Below are positions 11,935 through 25,361 of a DNA stretch of 64,000 nucleotides, one piece after another. The notes under the pieces were generated by a model, which was not told the DNA's origin, did not search any database, and saw only the letters and a list, made by a program, of their open reading frames with translations. Each line of letters opens with the position of its first letter. Position 1 is the stretch's first letter. A program made the translations under genes and the position numbers. The stretch is from Sphyrna mokarran (Eukaryota): positions 57,846,001-57,910,000 of the forward strand of contig JAGIQG010000003.1 of NCBI GenBank assembly GCA_024679065.1, read 5' to 3'.

Positions 11935-13372
11935 CAGATGGACTTGGATGGGGTATCCAGGTATGCACTCAGATCCTGTGCGGATCAGCTGACATCTTCA
12001 ACCTCTACAACAATCTGAAGTCCCTATATGCTTCAAAAAGATGATTATCATCCCAATACCTAAGAAAAACCAAGCAGCGTGCCTTAATGACTTTCAGCCA
12101 ATGGCTCTGATGTCCATTATTATGAAGTGCTTCGAAAGGTTATTCATGGCATGAATCAATTTCAGCCTCCCGGAGTACTTGGATCCATTACAGTTTGCCT
12201 ACCACGGCAACAGGTCCACAGCAGACACCATCTCTCTGGCCCTGCACTCAAACCTGGAACATCAAGAAAACAAGGGCACCTCCTATTTATTGATGACATT
12301 CAGTCTTCAACACTGTTATTCCCATGAAACTCATCTCCAAACTCTGTGGCCTGGGCCACAGACCACATCAGTGAGGATAGGCAACAACTAACTCACAGAC
12401 CACATCAGTAAGGATAGGCAACAACACCTCCTCCTCGATCATCCTCAACACTGGTGCCCAAGGCTATGTTCTCAGCCCCCTACTATACTCCTTATACACC
12501 TATGACTGCATGGCTAAATTCCCCTCCAATTCAATTTTCAAGTTTGCTAATGACACCACTGGATCTTGAACAATGACGAGACAGAGTACAGAAATGAGAT
12601 AGAGAATCTGGTGAACTGGCGCAGCAACAATAATTTCTCCTTCAATGTCAACAAAAATAGGAGATTATTATCGACCTCAGGAAGCGTAAAGGAGAACATG
12701 CTCCTTTCTACATCAATGGGGATGAAGTAGAAAGGATTGAGAGCTTCAAGTTTTTAGCTATCCAGACCACCAATAACATATCCTGGTCCTCCCCATGCCA
12801 ACACTATACTTAAGAAAGCCCACCAACACCTATACTTTCTCCAAAGACTAAGGGAATTTGGCATGTCAGCTGTAACTCTCACCAACCTTTACAGATGTAC
12901 CTTTTAAAGCATTCTTTCTGGTTCTATCACTGCCTGGTATAGCTCCTGCTCTTCCCAAGACTGCAAGGAACTACAAAAGGTTATGAATGTAGCCCCAATC
13001 CATCACCCAAACCTGCCTCCCATCCATTGATCTGGCTACACTTCCTAGTGCCTTGGCAAAGCAGCCAGCATAATTAAGGACCCCATGCACCCCAGACATT
13101 CTCTCTTCCACCTTCTTCCTTCAGGGAAAAGATACAAACGTCTGAGGTCACGTACCAATCGACTCAAGAACAGCTTCCTCCCTGCCGCTGTCAGACTTTT
13201 GATTGGACTTACTTGCATTAAGTTGATCTTTCTCTACAACTTAGTTATGACTATAACACTACATCTCCTTCTTCATGAATGGTATGTTTTGTCCGTATAG
13301 CTTACAAGAAACAATACTTTTCACTGTATGTTAATACATGTGATAATAATAAATCAAATCAAATCAAATCAA
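11935..13372 (+). mobile_element. Rex1/Babar-type LINE, degenerate RT to 3' tail
   Basis: ALRSCADQL, IIIPIPKK, LDPLQFAY...NRSTADTISLALH, LPSGKRY...RTNRLKNSF; ends in AATAAA plus (AAATC)n tail. Confidence 0.85.
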
Positions 13373-14474
13373 AAGTCACCTTTGACTCTCTCACTTTCTC
13401 TTCCTCCCCCTCACCCCACCTTCTGCATACCTACCAAGAATATGAATCACTATTTGGCTTTTAGATAACTGGCAGAAACAGAGTTGAGGCATTACTTGAC
13501 ATCATTGTCCCCCATTGTCTCAATCCTCTTGATCAAAACATATACATACATTCATTGAATTGTAATCACATCTGTCACTGATGCAACGCTTCAGGAGCAC
13601 CTACTTTCCTCTCTGCAATATTATGATGGATTCCTAATCCTGGGGCCCACAAAGACTTCTACTCATCTACTGGGTGCTGGTTGGATTTCACCAGGTTGGA
13701 GCCTCAGCTTGTTGACTCAGGATCCTATCTGAGTGACAACATTATGCTGGCCAACAGCATATGTTGCTGGAATAGCTTATTTAACTGGCTTATCATCTAA
13801 TCATCAGGAACCAATATCAGAAGAAGAAGTGCTCCTCGATTTGAGCTCCTCTTATGCGCCATTTTTGTGCAAGTTAAAATCCTCCTTTAAGTCTTAAAGC
13901 CAGTTTGCCAGTGAATGATGCTGTGTCATGCCTGTTTGAGCTGAGATACTATTGGGCTGCAATCATTCTACAATCTAATTATTATGTTACTTTGTATATT
14001 GACTACTCTGAGAGTCATATTAACTTTGCATGCAAAGAGCTTAGAAACAAAATAATGTTGTGAAATGAGACATCATCGCAATTTATTTATTGTTCTGGCA
14101 AATCAAATATTAAATGATTTTCAAAGAGTGCCACGCTTTAACCCAGCTGTTGGCAGGCAGGCTATTTCTGCCCTTTTTCTCACAGCTCATTCTACTTAGA
14201 AGCCTAAATTCTAGTTGTCCTCTGATCCTTTAAATGTTACGTGATCTGTAACTTAAAACAGTCGTGCAAAATGGCTGTGATGAATGCATTAAAAAGCATC
14301 ATCATTCTCTCTGCCAACTCATACTATACAGTTCCTACCTATATCTTCCAGCATCTTATTCAGGTTTTAGCTGGTTTGTTGCATTAAAAGCAATAGAACA
14401 GAAGAGCAAAATCAAAGCTAAAATATTTCATTGCTGATTGCAGAACTTGAAAATACAGTGTGATCAAAATTAAT

Positions 14475-15810
14475 TCTTTTGTAAATTCATGTACAGGATG
14501 TGGGCATTGCTGGGTCAGCCAGTATTTATTGCTCATCCTGAATTGTCCTTGAGATAGTAGTGGTGAATTATCTTCTTGAACTGCTGCAATCCATGTAGTG
14601 TAGGAACAACCATAGTGCTGTTAGGGGGGAAGTTCCAGTGAAGGAACAGTGATATATTTCCAAGTCAGGGTGGTGAATGACTTGGAGGGCACCTTCTAGG
14701 TGGTAGTGCCATCTCCCTTTTAGATTGCAGTGGCTGTGACTTTGTAAGGTGCTGCCTAAGGAGCCTTGGTGAGTTCCTGCAATGCATCTTGTTGATGGTA
14801 CGCAAGGCTGCCACTATTTGTTGGTATGAAGGGATGGAATGTTTGTGGAAGGGGTAAAGTGGGCTGCTTTATCCTGAGTAGTGTCAAGCTTCTTTGAATG
14901 TTGTTGAAGTTACACTTATCCAGAGAAATGAAAAGTATTCCATCACACTCCTGACTTGTGCCTTGTAAATGCAGGACAAGCTTTGAGGAGTCAGGAAGTG
15001 AATTCCTCATCTTTGACCTGCTTTGGTAAACATAGTATTTATATGAAAGTTCTTTTCAGTTTCTGGTCAATGCAATCCTGAGGATGTTGATAGTGGGTGA
15101 TTTGGTGATGGTCAAGGGGCAATAGTTGGATTCTCCCTTGCTGGAGGTGTACACTTGTGTTGCACAAACGCTGCTTGGTACTTCTCAGCTGAAGCCTATA
15201 CATTGTCCAGATTTTGCTGTATTTCGGCATGAACTTCTTTAGTATCTGAGAAATCACAACTCATGCTGAGCATTATGCAACTATCATTAAACATCCCAAT
15301 TTCTGACCTTTTGATAGAAGGAGCATCATTGGTGAAGCAGATGAAGATGGTTAGGTGAGGACATCACTTTCTGGAAGTCCAAGAGCTGAATGATTGACCT
15401 CCAACCACCACAACCATCTTCCTTTGTGCTACACATTACCCCAGTGAAACAATTGTCCCTGATTCCCACTTACTCGAGTTTTGCTCGGGCTCTTCGATGC
15501 CATACTTGGTCAAATGAAGCTTTGACAGCAAGAGCAGTCACTCTCACCTCACCATTAGCACGTACCTCTTTTGTCCATGCTTGAATCAAAGCTGGAATGA
15601 CATCAGGAGCTGAGTGATCCTGGTGGAACCCAAACTAAATGTCAGTGAGCAAATTATTGCTAAACAGTTACCTATTAATTGAACTGTTGATGATATCTTC
15701 CATCAGTTTACTGATGACTGTAGACTGATGGGGCAGTAATTGGCCGGGTTGGGTTTGTCCTGCTTTCTGGGTATAGGATACATCTGAACAATTTTCCACA
15801 ATGCTGGGTA
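14475..15810 (-). mobile_element. CR1/L2-clade LINE, degenerate RT and 3' end
   Basis: Similar to 10245-10825 and 62190-63130; minus strand carries decayed LINE RT motifs (QFRFHQDHSAPD, KASFDQVWH). Confidence 0.7.
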
Positions 15811-16071
15811 GATATTATTTAAATGTTGGAAGGAAATATGAGATTGTTGCAAATGTGGGAAAGTTTAAATACTAGAACAATGACTTTGATATGTCAAAAA
15901 TCCCCGAGTCCCCCCAGGATATCAAACAAATCCATGGATTTACAGAGCAGAATTTGTTTTCTGAAAATCATAACAAATCATTTTCAAATGATTTATATTT
16001 GGGCACAAATGCCATGCAGTATATTTATTCATCTCCTCCTCTAAAACGTTTGAAGTCTCAACTCAATTTAT

Positions 16072-16393
16072 AGAGCAGCACAGTGGTACAGTGGTTAGCA
16101 CTGCTGCTTCACAGCACTAGAGACTTGGGTTCAATTCCCACCTCGGGTCACTCTCTGTGTGGAATTTACACATTCTTCCTGTGTCTGCCTGGGTTTTTTC
16201 CAGGTACTCTGGTTTCCTCGCAAAATGCAAAGATATGTGGATTAGGCTGATTGGCTGTGCTAAATTGACCCTAATGTCAAGGGATTAGCAGGGTAAATAT
16301 GTGGGGTCACAGGTTTAGATCCTGGTGGGATTATGATTAGTGCAGATTTGATGGGCTGAACGGCCTCCTTCTGCACTGTAGGGGATTCTATGA
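16072..16393 (+). mobile_element. Full-length HE1-like V-SINE
   Basis: A-box-like GTGGTACAGTGGTTAGC, B-box GGTTCAATTCC, V-domain, GGGGATTCTATGA tail. Confidence 0.85.
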
Positions 16394-17899
16394 TACAGGG
16401 AATAGAACAATAATAAGCAGATTAAATGATCAAAAAGATGTCATCACAAGATACACATTACACTCTTGTGTGATTAATCTCGGGAGTTCTTCACAAAATG
16501 GTTTTTTTATATTTATAACTGGGCTGATGACTTTGCTACGAGTAGCAAACGGAGGAAATCAGCTCTTTGTGACTCTAGCATAGAGCAGAAGTCACGGAAA
16601 CTCCAGCCTCAAAACCTCGAGAAACTTTCTCTTATACTCCACCACAATAGTATGACAGAACCGTGCTGTATATAGTCATGAATGAGGAGTTTCCAGTCAT
16701 CACAATCAAATGAGTCAGTTCATGGTCAGCTTTCAATTACTCATTATATATCACCCAAGCTCTGAGTGGGAGGAAAAGGACACTTCTCACAAGCTGCAAT
16801 CACTCACCTTCAATGTGGTTGACTGGGATAATAATGTACAAGAACTCCTCGGGCAATTCTAAAAAAGCTCATAATTGGAAAAGTCATTTAATCAAAAGCA
16901 ATTGCTTAAAGAAAGAACATGTATTTAGATTATGCATTTCACAACTTCATCACACCCCAGAGCACTTTGCATTCCATTGAGTACTTTGGAAGTCTAGCCC
17001 ATTATAATGTAAGAAACACATTTTGGGCACACAGCAAGCTCACAAAAACAGCAGTAATATGTATTTGTTTTAGGTGGTGTTAGAGGGATTGAAATGACAC
17101 AGCCGAATGCTGTGCTCTTCTCCGAAAAGTGCTATGAGATTTTTTACATCCACTAGTAGTGGACTTAAGAGCCAATCTATATTATGAACCCAAGCCTCTG
17201 AAGTGGTACTTGAACCGTCAACCTTCATGATACAGAGTGCTACCAATGAGCTATGGCCAACACTTCAAATAACATTACCTTCCATGGCAACATTTATATC
17301 TCTTTTAAGGCAGCATGCGCTATAAATATAGCTGACACCAAATCTATGGCTCTTTGACAATAGCACCACATAAAAACACAAAAATGGGGTTATTATGTAT
17401 ACACCTATTGACTTAGTGTGCATAAAGAATCACAAGGTAGGCTTGGTAATTTGAACATTGGGAACTCTATCAGAAGTGTGCACTGTTCCATAGTCAGATA
17501 TCAGACTGCACAACTGGGCACACATTGGGAGGAATTAATCCCCTCGGGGTCACCTGACCCTCACTCTTAAAAGGACAGTACACACTCCATACCATAACAC
17601 ACATTATATACATACATCACAGGGACCAGTGTTGATCAGATTGGCAGATGGTGCAGTTAAACCTTGGAGGAGCACTCCTGCTCAATCCTGGTTCTGGATT
17701 CATGAAGCTTCCTTGTGGCTGCTGTTCCCCAGGGCCAATTCTCCTGACTGCATCTGCAAGTTGGAGAGAGGGGCTGAAACATCATCAGGCCCCTTATTTG
17801 CATATACAAGAAGCTGAATGCCACTACAAACATAAGTAAAAGACATCTCTTGTATGTCTTCAACTAACATGGGAGCCACATCTAGCCAGAAATGTGCGT

Positions 17900-17990
17900 A
17901 CACATTCACCTGACGAAGGAGCAGCATTTTGAAAGCTTGTGATTCCAAATAAACCTAGATTTTAACCTGGTGTTGTGAGACTTCTTGCTG
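17900..17990 (+). mobile_element. Short PLE-related terminal repeat with HHR motif
   Basis: TCAC-CTGACGA-A-GGAGCAGCATTTT-GAAA-GC-TT-GTGA followed by AAATAAACC...TTTAACCTGGTGTTGTGAGACTTCTT, as in the arrays at 21328-22220. Confidence 0.75.
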
Positions 17991-18410
17991 TTCCTGCCTG
18001 TCACACTGATGGTTTACCTTCAGAGTGCAGCCCACAAAATTAGCAAATGACATAAATAATTTGACAAATAGTTCTGAAGACAAAACACTATCATTCTATT
18101 TGAGAATTGTTAAGAAACTAACAAAATGTAAATTGATTACATAAATTCTTACACATTATATATTCCTCCATATTTTTGTACTTTATGACATTTTCTCAAA
18201 GTGCCTACATTTTCCATAAATTTTCATCACCACCAAGGCAAACATCTTTGACCAAAATACGTACCTTCAATGTGACTCACTCTACCAGCACGAGTGATTT
18301 GAGACCAGGACTCCAGAGTGGAAACACAATGTATTTTAAGAAGTGAGTGAAGTGGTGCTAATGTGAGGAGGTGTAATTATAGCGTGCAACTATCATGCTC
18401 AAAATGAAAT

Positions 18411-21262
18411 TGTAATATATCAAGGACGACTCAGTGTAGCTTTAACACTTAAGACTTTATTGCCAAAAGAATAAATAGATAAATGTTCAACAAGGTAAGA
18501 CTAGATTACAAATGGGATTGCTCTACTTGACTCCCTAGCCCCAACTGTGTGTTATACCTCGACCCGTGGTCCTCACCCTCTGCCCATTGGCTCTGCTCCC
18601 CATCAAGGTGATCTATATGGTCCTTGCTGATCATGTGGCCCTCAGGAAACACTCCAACCCCCTCTCCCCTTAAAGGACCATGCTACTATACTCTTTCCCC
18701 CTAAAATCCAAAACACTTCTAAGAAGAAACTTAGAAGGCACAAAACAGGCTCTTATACCAAAAGAGCATCAGAAAAAACCTCTGGAAAACTCAAAGTTTC
18801 AAAAGATAGGGAGCCTCAGTTTGGTGCCCAGCTCATCTGCATTTATAGGACCAAATCGAACAGACAAGGATGGCTGGCCTATTCTTCCTGGATTTAAGGC
18901 TGTTTGCAGCTTCAGAATCTTTGTCTTCCCGACCACAGATTGCTCAAGTCCCACATTCGCCACTGAAATCCCAGTAGTCAGACCTGGCAACTTTGAGCTA
19001 TCTGCAGTGATCGCCTGGGGATCCTCTATGTCCGTTATGGCTCTCCTCTTCAGATGGTCCATGTATGAACTAAGTCTGCAGCATTGTATCTCCATGACAT
19101 AGGAGACCGGTGCTGCTGTCTCGCCAACTGTTTACCAGCCACCCATACTGGGCCTGCTGCGAAGTTTCTAACCAAGACAGTATCCTCCACTTTAAAAATT
19201 AGTTTCTTTCCGCATTGTGATTTATATTCTGGGACGCTTGCCTAGTTTCCACACTCCACACCAAATTTGAGAACATTATGTTCAATCCTAATCCCCTTTG
19301 TAACCAACATCATATCAGTAACTCGGTGGTCACGTTCAGAGTGGTTTTTATATGATAACAGAAAACTGACTGTGTGTAAATCAGGTGTTTTTTCCTTGAT
19401 TACTTAAATATCTGTACTGCTCTATCTGCCAGCCCATTTGATGTCGGGTACTAAGGCGCCAACTTCGCATAGCGAATGCCATTGGACTTCAGAAAACTTT
19501 GGAATTCTTCTGCCATGAATAATGCACCATCATCTGACACAACCACTTCTGGAATGTCATAGATAGCAAATATCTTCCTTAATTCATCAATGGTGGCTAT
19601 AATGTTGTAGATATCAACTGCATATCTCATCACTTGGATTGTACATCTACTAGCATGAGAAACATATGATCCATAAAGGACCCAGCAAAATCTACATGTA
19701 ACCTACACGGATGGCCAGCCCACTTACATGGATGCAAATTTGCTGGCGGTGGTAAAATTTGTCGAACTTTGCAACTAGGACAATGACTAACTATCCGTTC
19801 TATTTCTTTGTCAATACTCGGTCACCACACATAATACCTGGCTAGGGCCTTCATTCTACTCTGACCTGGATGAGAGTCATGTAATTGTCCTTTGGGTGGG
19901 GCTATAATTCTCCCCACTGACCTTCTACTTTGGCAGAGTTTTAACAACCGTGGTTTCTCATACTGCTCACCCTTGCATGACCATTGTCTTTACCTTCACC
20001 AATACAGGGTTTCTTTCTATCCATATGCTTATGTGTTTTACCGAGACTGACAAGCTGTCTGCCAAATGCAGAGCCAGAATAATCTCTTAAGGAATTGGTG
20101 ATGATGTTACTGCTTCTGGCACTGGTAATGTGTCTGCATTCCAGGACGATGCTGTTATGTATAACTGTAGGAAGCAATTGGTGGCACTAGCTTATCTTCT
20201 CTGAAAAGATCAAACAATGGCTTGAGATCTGAGAATATTGTAAATTGTTAGCCGTAAATATACTTGATGGATGAAGAATATTTGAGTACTTGATGGAGTT
20301 TAGAAGGATAAGAGAGGATCTCATTGAAACATAGAGAATAATGAAAGGCGGGGATACTGTGGATGTGGGGTAGATGTTTCCAATTGTTGGAGGAGACTAG
20401 GATCTGAGGGCATAGCCTCAAAGTAAAGGGGCAACCATTTAGAACTGAGATGAAGAGTAATTTCTTGAACCAGAGGATGGTGAATCTATGGAATTCATTG
20501 CCACAAAAGACTGTGGAGGTCAGGTTATTGAATGCATTTGAGACAGAGATAGCAGGTTCTTGATTGGTAATAGGATCAAGGGTTACAGAGATAAGACGGA
20601 AGAATGGGATTAAGAAACTTATTAGCCATGATTGAATGGCAGAGTAGACCCAATGGGCTGAATGGCTTAATTTTGCTCCTGCAGTTTATTCTGACGGAAC
20701 TTTTTGATCACATAAATGACAGCCAGACTTTCCTTGTCTATTTGGTGCATTTCCTCTCTGTGTTGAATAACGTTCTTGAAGCAAAGGCAATTAAGCATCT
20801 GGTGGGATAGAACTGTTCCCACTTCATACCGTGAAGCATTGCAATCCACTATTAAGGATTTGTTTAGGTCAAAATGCATCAACATTTAACTTTGGAAAAA
20901 GTTTTTTTCTGTTCTTCTCCCCATTTCTATCTTTGGATTTTTTTTAACAGTTGGTGAAGTGAGGCTAAAATGGTAGATATGTCTTTTTAAAATTCTTTCG
21001 CAGAAATGATTTCAGCTCAGATTTATCTTTTGGATGTGGGATCTCCTTGATAGTTTTTACCTTTTCTTCAAAAGGATGTTGATCCTTCAAATCGACTCTG
21101 AATCCTGAGTAGGTAACTTCTTTTGAATGAAATATACATATTTCCTGCTTCAATCTATCCCTGCTTCCTTAAACCATTTGAATAATTCTTCGGAATTGGA
21201 TTTGCGCTCTTCAGGTGAGGTACCACTGATTAGTATGTCATCCAGATGAATACCATATTGAG
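18411..21262 (-). mobile_element. Gypsy/Ty3 LTR retrotransposon remnant (RT-RNase H-integrase, putative 3' LTR ~18411-18690)
   Basis: Minus-strand peptides CIFHSKEVTYSGFRVD...SELKSFL, HFDLNKSLIVDCNASRYEVGTVLSH, LHVDFAGSF, LRKIFAIYDIPEVVVSDDGALFMAEEFQSFLKSNGI; purine tract AGGGGGAAAGAG next to the LTR-like segment; order RT-RH-IN. Confidence 0.85.
20285..20685 (+). mobile_element. CR1 3' fragment nested in the Gypsy remnant
   Basis: MEFRRIREDLIETYRIMKG; typical CR1 3' UTR ending GGGCTGAATGGC...GCTCCT. Confidence 0.85.
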
Positions 21263-21327
21263 GATACAGAAACAGAAAATGCTGAAGAAACTCAGCAGGT
21301 CTGATAACATCTGTGGAGAGAGAATAG

Positions 21328-22220
21328 AGTAAGAAGTCTCACAATACCAGGTTAAAGTCCAACAGGTTTATTTGGTAGCAAAAGCCACTAGCTTTCAGAA
21401 TGTTGTCCCTTCATCACGCGAGTGGGAGTTCTATTCACAAACAGGGCATATAAAGACACAAACTCAATTTACAAAATAATGGTCTGCTTTCTTGCATCTT
21501 TGTAGAAACTTGACGTCTGTGCCAAATGCGCGGTCTTCTTGGAGATCATCTCCTCTTGGAGAGCCGGCAGTTTGTGGTATCGGTGGTAGTCATGATGTGG
21601 AAACGCCAGTGTTGGACTGGGGTAAGCATAGTAAAAAGCCTCACAACTCCAGATTAAAGTCCAACAGGTTTATTTGGTAACAAAAGCCACTAGTTTTCAG
21701 AGTGCTGTCCCTTTGTCAGGTGAGTGGGAATAACGATATGGTGAATAACGATCTCCAAGAAGATCATGCATATCGGCACAGACATCAAGTTTCTACAAGG
21801 ATGCAAGAAAGCAGACCATTATTTTGTAAATTGAGTTTGTGTCTTTATATGCCCTGTTTGTGAATAGAACTCCCACTAACCTGACAAAAGGACAGCGCTC
21901 TGAAAGCTAGTGGCTTTTGCTACCAAATAAATCTGTTGGGCTTTAGCCTGGTGTTGTGAGACTATATGGTGAATAACGATCTCCAAGAAGATCATGCATA
22001 TCGGCACAGACATCAAGTTTCTACAAGGATGCAAGAAAGCAGACCATTATTTTGTAAATTGAGTTTGTGTCTTTATATGCCCTGTTTGTGAATAGAACTC
22101 CCACTAACCTGACAAAAGGACAGCGCTCTGAAAGCTAGTGGCTTTTGCTACCAAATAAATCTGTTGGGCTTTAGCCTGGTGTTGTGAGACTTCAGTTCTA
22201 CGCCGGCATCTCCACATCAT
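21328..22220. repeat. Compound inverted + tandem array of a short PLE-related, HHR-bearing unit
   Basis: Two minus-oriented units (starts 21328 and 21630, ~302 nt period) followed by two plus-oriented 228-nt copies (21736-21963, 21964-22191); flanked by AGAGAATAGAG (21319-21329) / AGAGAATAAAG (22224-22234). Confidence 0.85.
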
Positions 22221-23034
22221 GAAAGAGAATAAAGCCAATGTTTTGAGTCTTGAATCCTGCAGATTTAAAGGCAAAATGCCCAATTGGAGTAAAAAGATTT
22301 GCTCCCCTATAATAGGCTACAGCTGGAGGGAGCTTCAGCCAGAATGAGAATATTGGAAATTTGGAGCTATGCGGAAATTCAATGCTGAGGGGAAAGGGGT
22401 GCTCACCTTCGGGAGGAATGGAAAGGCAGACCTGCAAGGGAGATTTGAGGGCAAGAGAGAAATAGGAAGAAATCGAACATGACATCACAGCCAGCAGTTA
22501 AGGAGTTTTTCTTTTTTTTCTTTTTTTGTCTCTCGGCATTGTAGTTTTTGTTAAATGAACTTAAGGATTAAGTCATTGCAAGAAATTCCAGATCCTTGTC
22601 ATGCTCCTCTTGTGTGACGTAGGAATTAAGAGACCATTCTGCTGCCCCTGACTCCTTCGTGTGCGAGAAATGTGTCCAACTGCAGCTTCTTTTAGACCAC
22701 TTAACAGTTCTAGAGCTGTGGATAGATTCACTTTGGTGCATCCACAGTGCTGAGGAAGTTATGGAGTCATGAAGTCAGTGAGTTGGTCACAACACAGCTA
22801 AAAGTTACTGAAGGAGAAGGGTAACCATCAGATAGAGGAAGTGTAGGGGCCCCCTTCAGGCATCTCCCTCCAAAACAGATATACCATTTTAGATATTGTT
22901 GGGCGAAATGATTCACGTGGGGAAGGAGCAGCAGCCTGGTTCATGGTACTGTAGCTGGCTCTATTGCACAAGATGGCAGGAAAAGAGTGGCAGAACTATA
23001 GTGATAGGGGATTCGAAGATAAGGGGAATAGACA

Positions 23035-23568
23035 GGGGGTGTACAGTTTTGGACTCCTTACTTGAGAAAGGATATACTGACATTGGAAGGGGTGCAGAGA
23101 AGATTCACGAGGTTGATTCCGGAATTGAAAGGGTTGGCTTATGAGGAGAGATTGAGTAGATTGGGACTATACTCATTGGAATTCAGAAGAATGAGGGGAG
23201 ATCTGATAGATAAATATAAGATTATGAAGGAAATAAATAGAATAAAAGCAGGGAAGTTGTGGGTGAAACTAAAACTATGGGGCATAGCCTCAAAATAAGG
23301 GGAGCAGATTTAGGACTCAGTTGAGGAAAAACTTCTTCACATAAAGAGTTGTGAATCTGTGGAATTCTCTGCCCAATGAAGCAGTTGAACATTGTTGAAT
23401 GTTTTAAGACAAGGATAGATACATTTTTGAACAGTAAAGGAATTAAGAGCTATTGATTAGTGGGCGGGTAAGAGGAGCTGAGTCCATGAAAAGATCAGTC
23501 ACAATCTTATTGAATAGCGGGGCAGGCTCGAGGGCCTAGATGACCTGCTCCTAGTTCTTCTGTTCTTA
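23035..23568 (+). mobile_element. CR1 3' fragment nested in ORF1 of the larger CR1
   Basis: RKDILTLEGVQRRFTRLIP...LYSLEFRRMRGDL plus 3' UTR and TGTTCTTA tail; host ORF1 resumes afterwards. Confidence 0.85.
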
Positions 23569-24568
23569 TGTTTCTGCAGCCGCAAACAAGACTCCAGGAT
23601 GGTATGTTGCCTCCCTGGTTCAAGGGTGAAGCTGTTCTGGAGCAGCTGCAGTGCATTTTGAAGAAGGAGATTGATCAGTCAGCTGTCACGATGCATATAA
23701 GTAATAACAACATAGGTAAAAAAAGGGATGAGATCCTACAAGCTGAATTGAGGAAGTGAGGAGTTAAACTAAAAAGTAGCATCTCAAAGGTAGTAATCTA
23801 TCAGTGGAAGGGATTCAAATTCCTGGGACATTGGAACCAGTTCTAAGGGAGGTGGGACTAATACAAAGCAGACAGTCTGCACCTGCGCAGTGTATACTTT
23901 TGGAGAGGGTTTAAACTAATATTGCAAGGGGATAGGAGATGATGCAGGAATTCAGAGGGAAGTAAAGTGGGGACAGATACAAAAGGCATTAGGGAAAAAG
24001 TGGAAGGCAGAGAAACCAAAGGCAACAATCAAAAAGGGCCACATTATATCATAACTTTAAGATGGCAATAAATGTCAAAAAGCAAGCCTGAAAATTCTGT
24101 GTTTCAATGCGAGGAGCATTTGCAATAAGGCGGATGAATTAGCTGCACAAACAGTCATTAACAGATATGATATAATTGGGATCAAGGAGACCTGGCTCTA
24201 GGGTGATCAAGGATGGGAACTCGATACCGAGGGTATTCAATATTTAGGAAAGATAGATGGAAAGGAAAGGAGGTTAGGATACTGTTTGCTGGTTAAAGAA
24301 CAAATCAATGCAACTGTAAGACAGGACATTAGTCTTGATAATGTGCTATCTGTAAGGGTGGAGTTATGGAACACAAAAAGACAAAAATGCTAGTGGAAAT
24401 TGTGTACAGACAACCAAACAGCAGCAGTGAGGTTGGACATGGCACCAAGCAGGAAATTACAGATGTGTGCAGGAAGGGTACAGCAGTTATTATTGGTGAC
24501 TTCAATCTGCATATAGCTTGGGCTCACCAAACTGGTAGCAATGTGATGGAGGAGGATTTCCTGGAATG

Positions 24569-25361
24569 TGTGGCCGAACAGGCCATCCAAAATGTCGATT
24601 TGTAAAGTACTCTGGGACAATTGGGCAAGACCTAAAACAGCAGGCTGCAGCCTAAAAGGCAGAGATAAACAGGCTGCAAGCTAGACTAGTGAATACACAG
24701 GATAGGGATTATCTCCAGAACAAAAGAGACTTCCTGATCAAACTGAGTTGTTTACCAATCATAAGGGTGCCGTAACCCCTTATTGGGAGGGAAGTATGAA
24801 CCCTACATGCCCCCAATACCTGCAGACATGGTCTTCAGGGACACACCCAGAGGTTGGTTTGGCAGCACCCAATTGGACTTTATTGATCAAGGTGATCAAG
24901 TCCTGATTGGTTGATTGGCAATGACCAAAAGGAGCGCAAAATCCAACAGGGTATAAAAGGTGCTGCGCGATCAAGAATCTCTCTTTCTCTTTGACCCCAC
25001 GAACGAACTACAACACGATGATCATCGCCAGTGATGAGCAGCACGAGGAGAGCCACCACACCCGAGAAGGAAGGAAGGCCAGAGCTAGAGTGCCAGAGCA
25101 AACCCAAGAACCAAACTATGCAGAGGATGACCGAGACCACACACAGATAAAGGCCAATATCTGCTTAGGTACTTGCCAGTCACATAAAGTTGTATTGGAC
25201 TTGAACTCTGGTATTTTCTGTAAAGATAACTTATTGTTTGTTGGGTGGGTGATTATTGATTGTATGCCTTAAATAAATATTGATTGAACTAATCAGATGT
25301 CTATTCACAGTTATTTGTCCACTATGTAAGGGTTAAAGCAAACTGTATGGTACCCTCAACA
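24569..25361 (+). mobile_element. Solo LTR (793 bp; ERV- or Gypsy-type)
   Basis: Begins TGTGG, ends CAACA, flanked by 4-bp direct repeat AATG (24565-24568, 25362-25365); CCAAT boxes, TATAAAA ~24953, AATAAA ~25272; interrupts the CR1 endonuclease region. Confidence 0.85.

Noticed and set aside
12357-12427. ~35-bp direct repeat CACAGACCACATCAGT.AGGATAGGCAACAAC
   Set aside because: Two copies inside a decayed Rex1 LINE; a local duplication/deletion scar.
16072-16150. tRNA-like sequence
   Set aside because: A/B boxes belong to a SINE head followed by V-domain and LINE tail; not a tRNA gene.
21328-22220. Repeat array as a CRISPR-like locus
   Set aside because: Eukaryotic context, long units without unique spacers, no cas genes; explained as PLE-related repeats.
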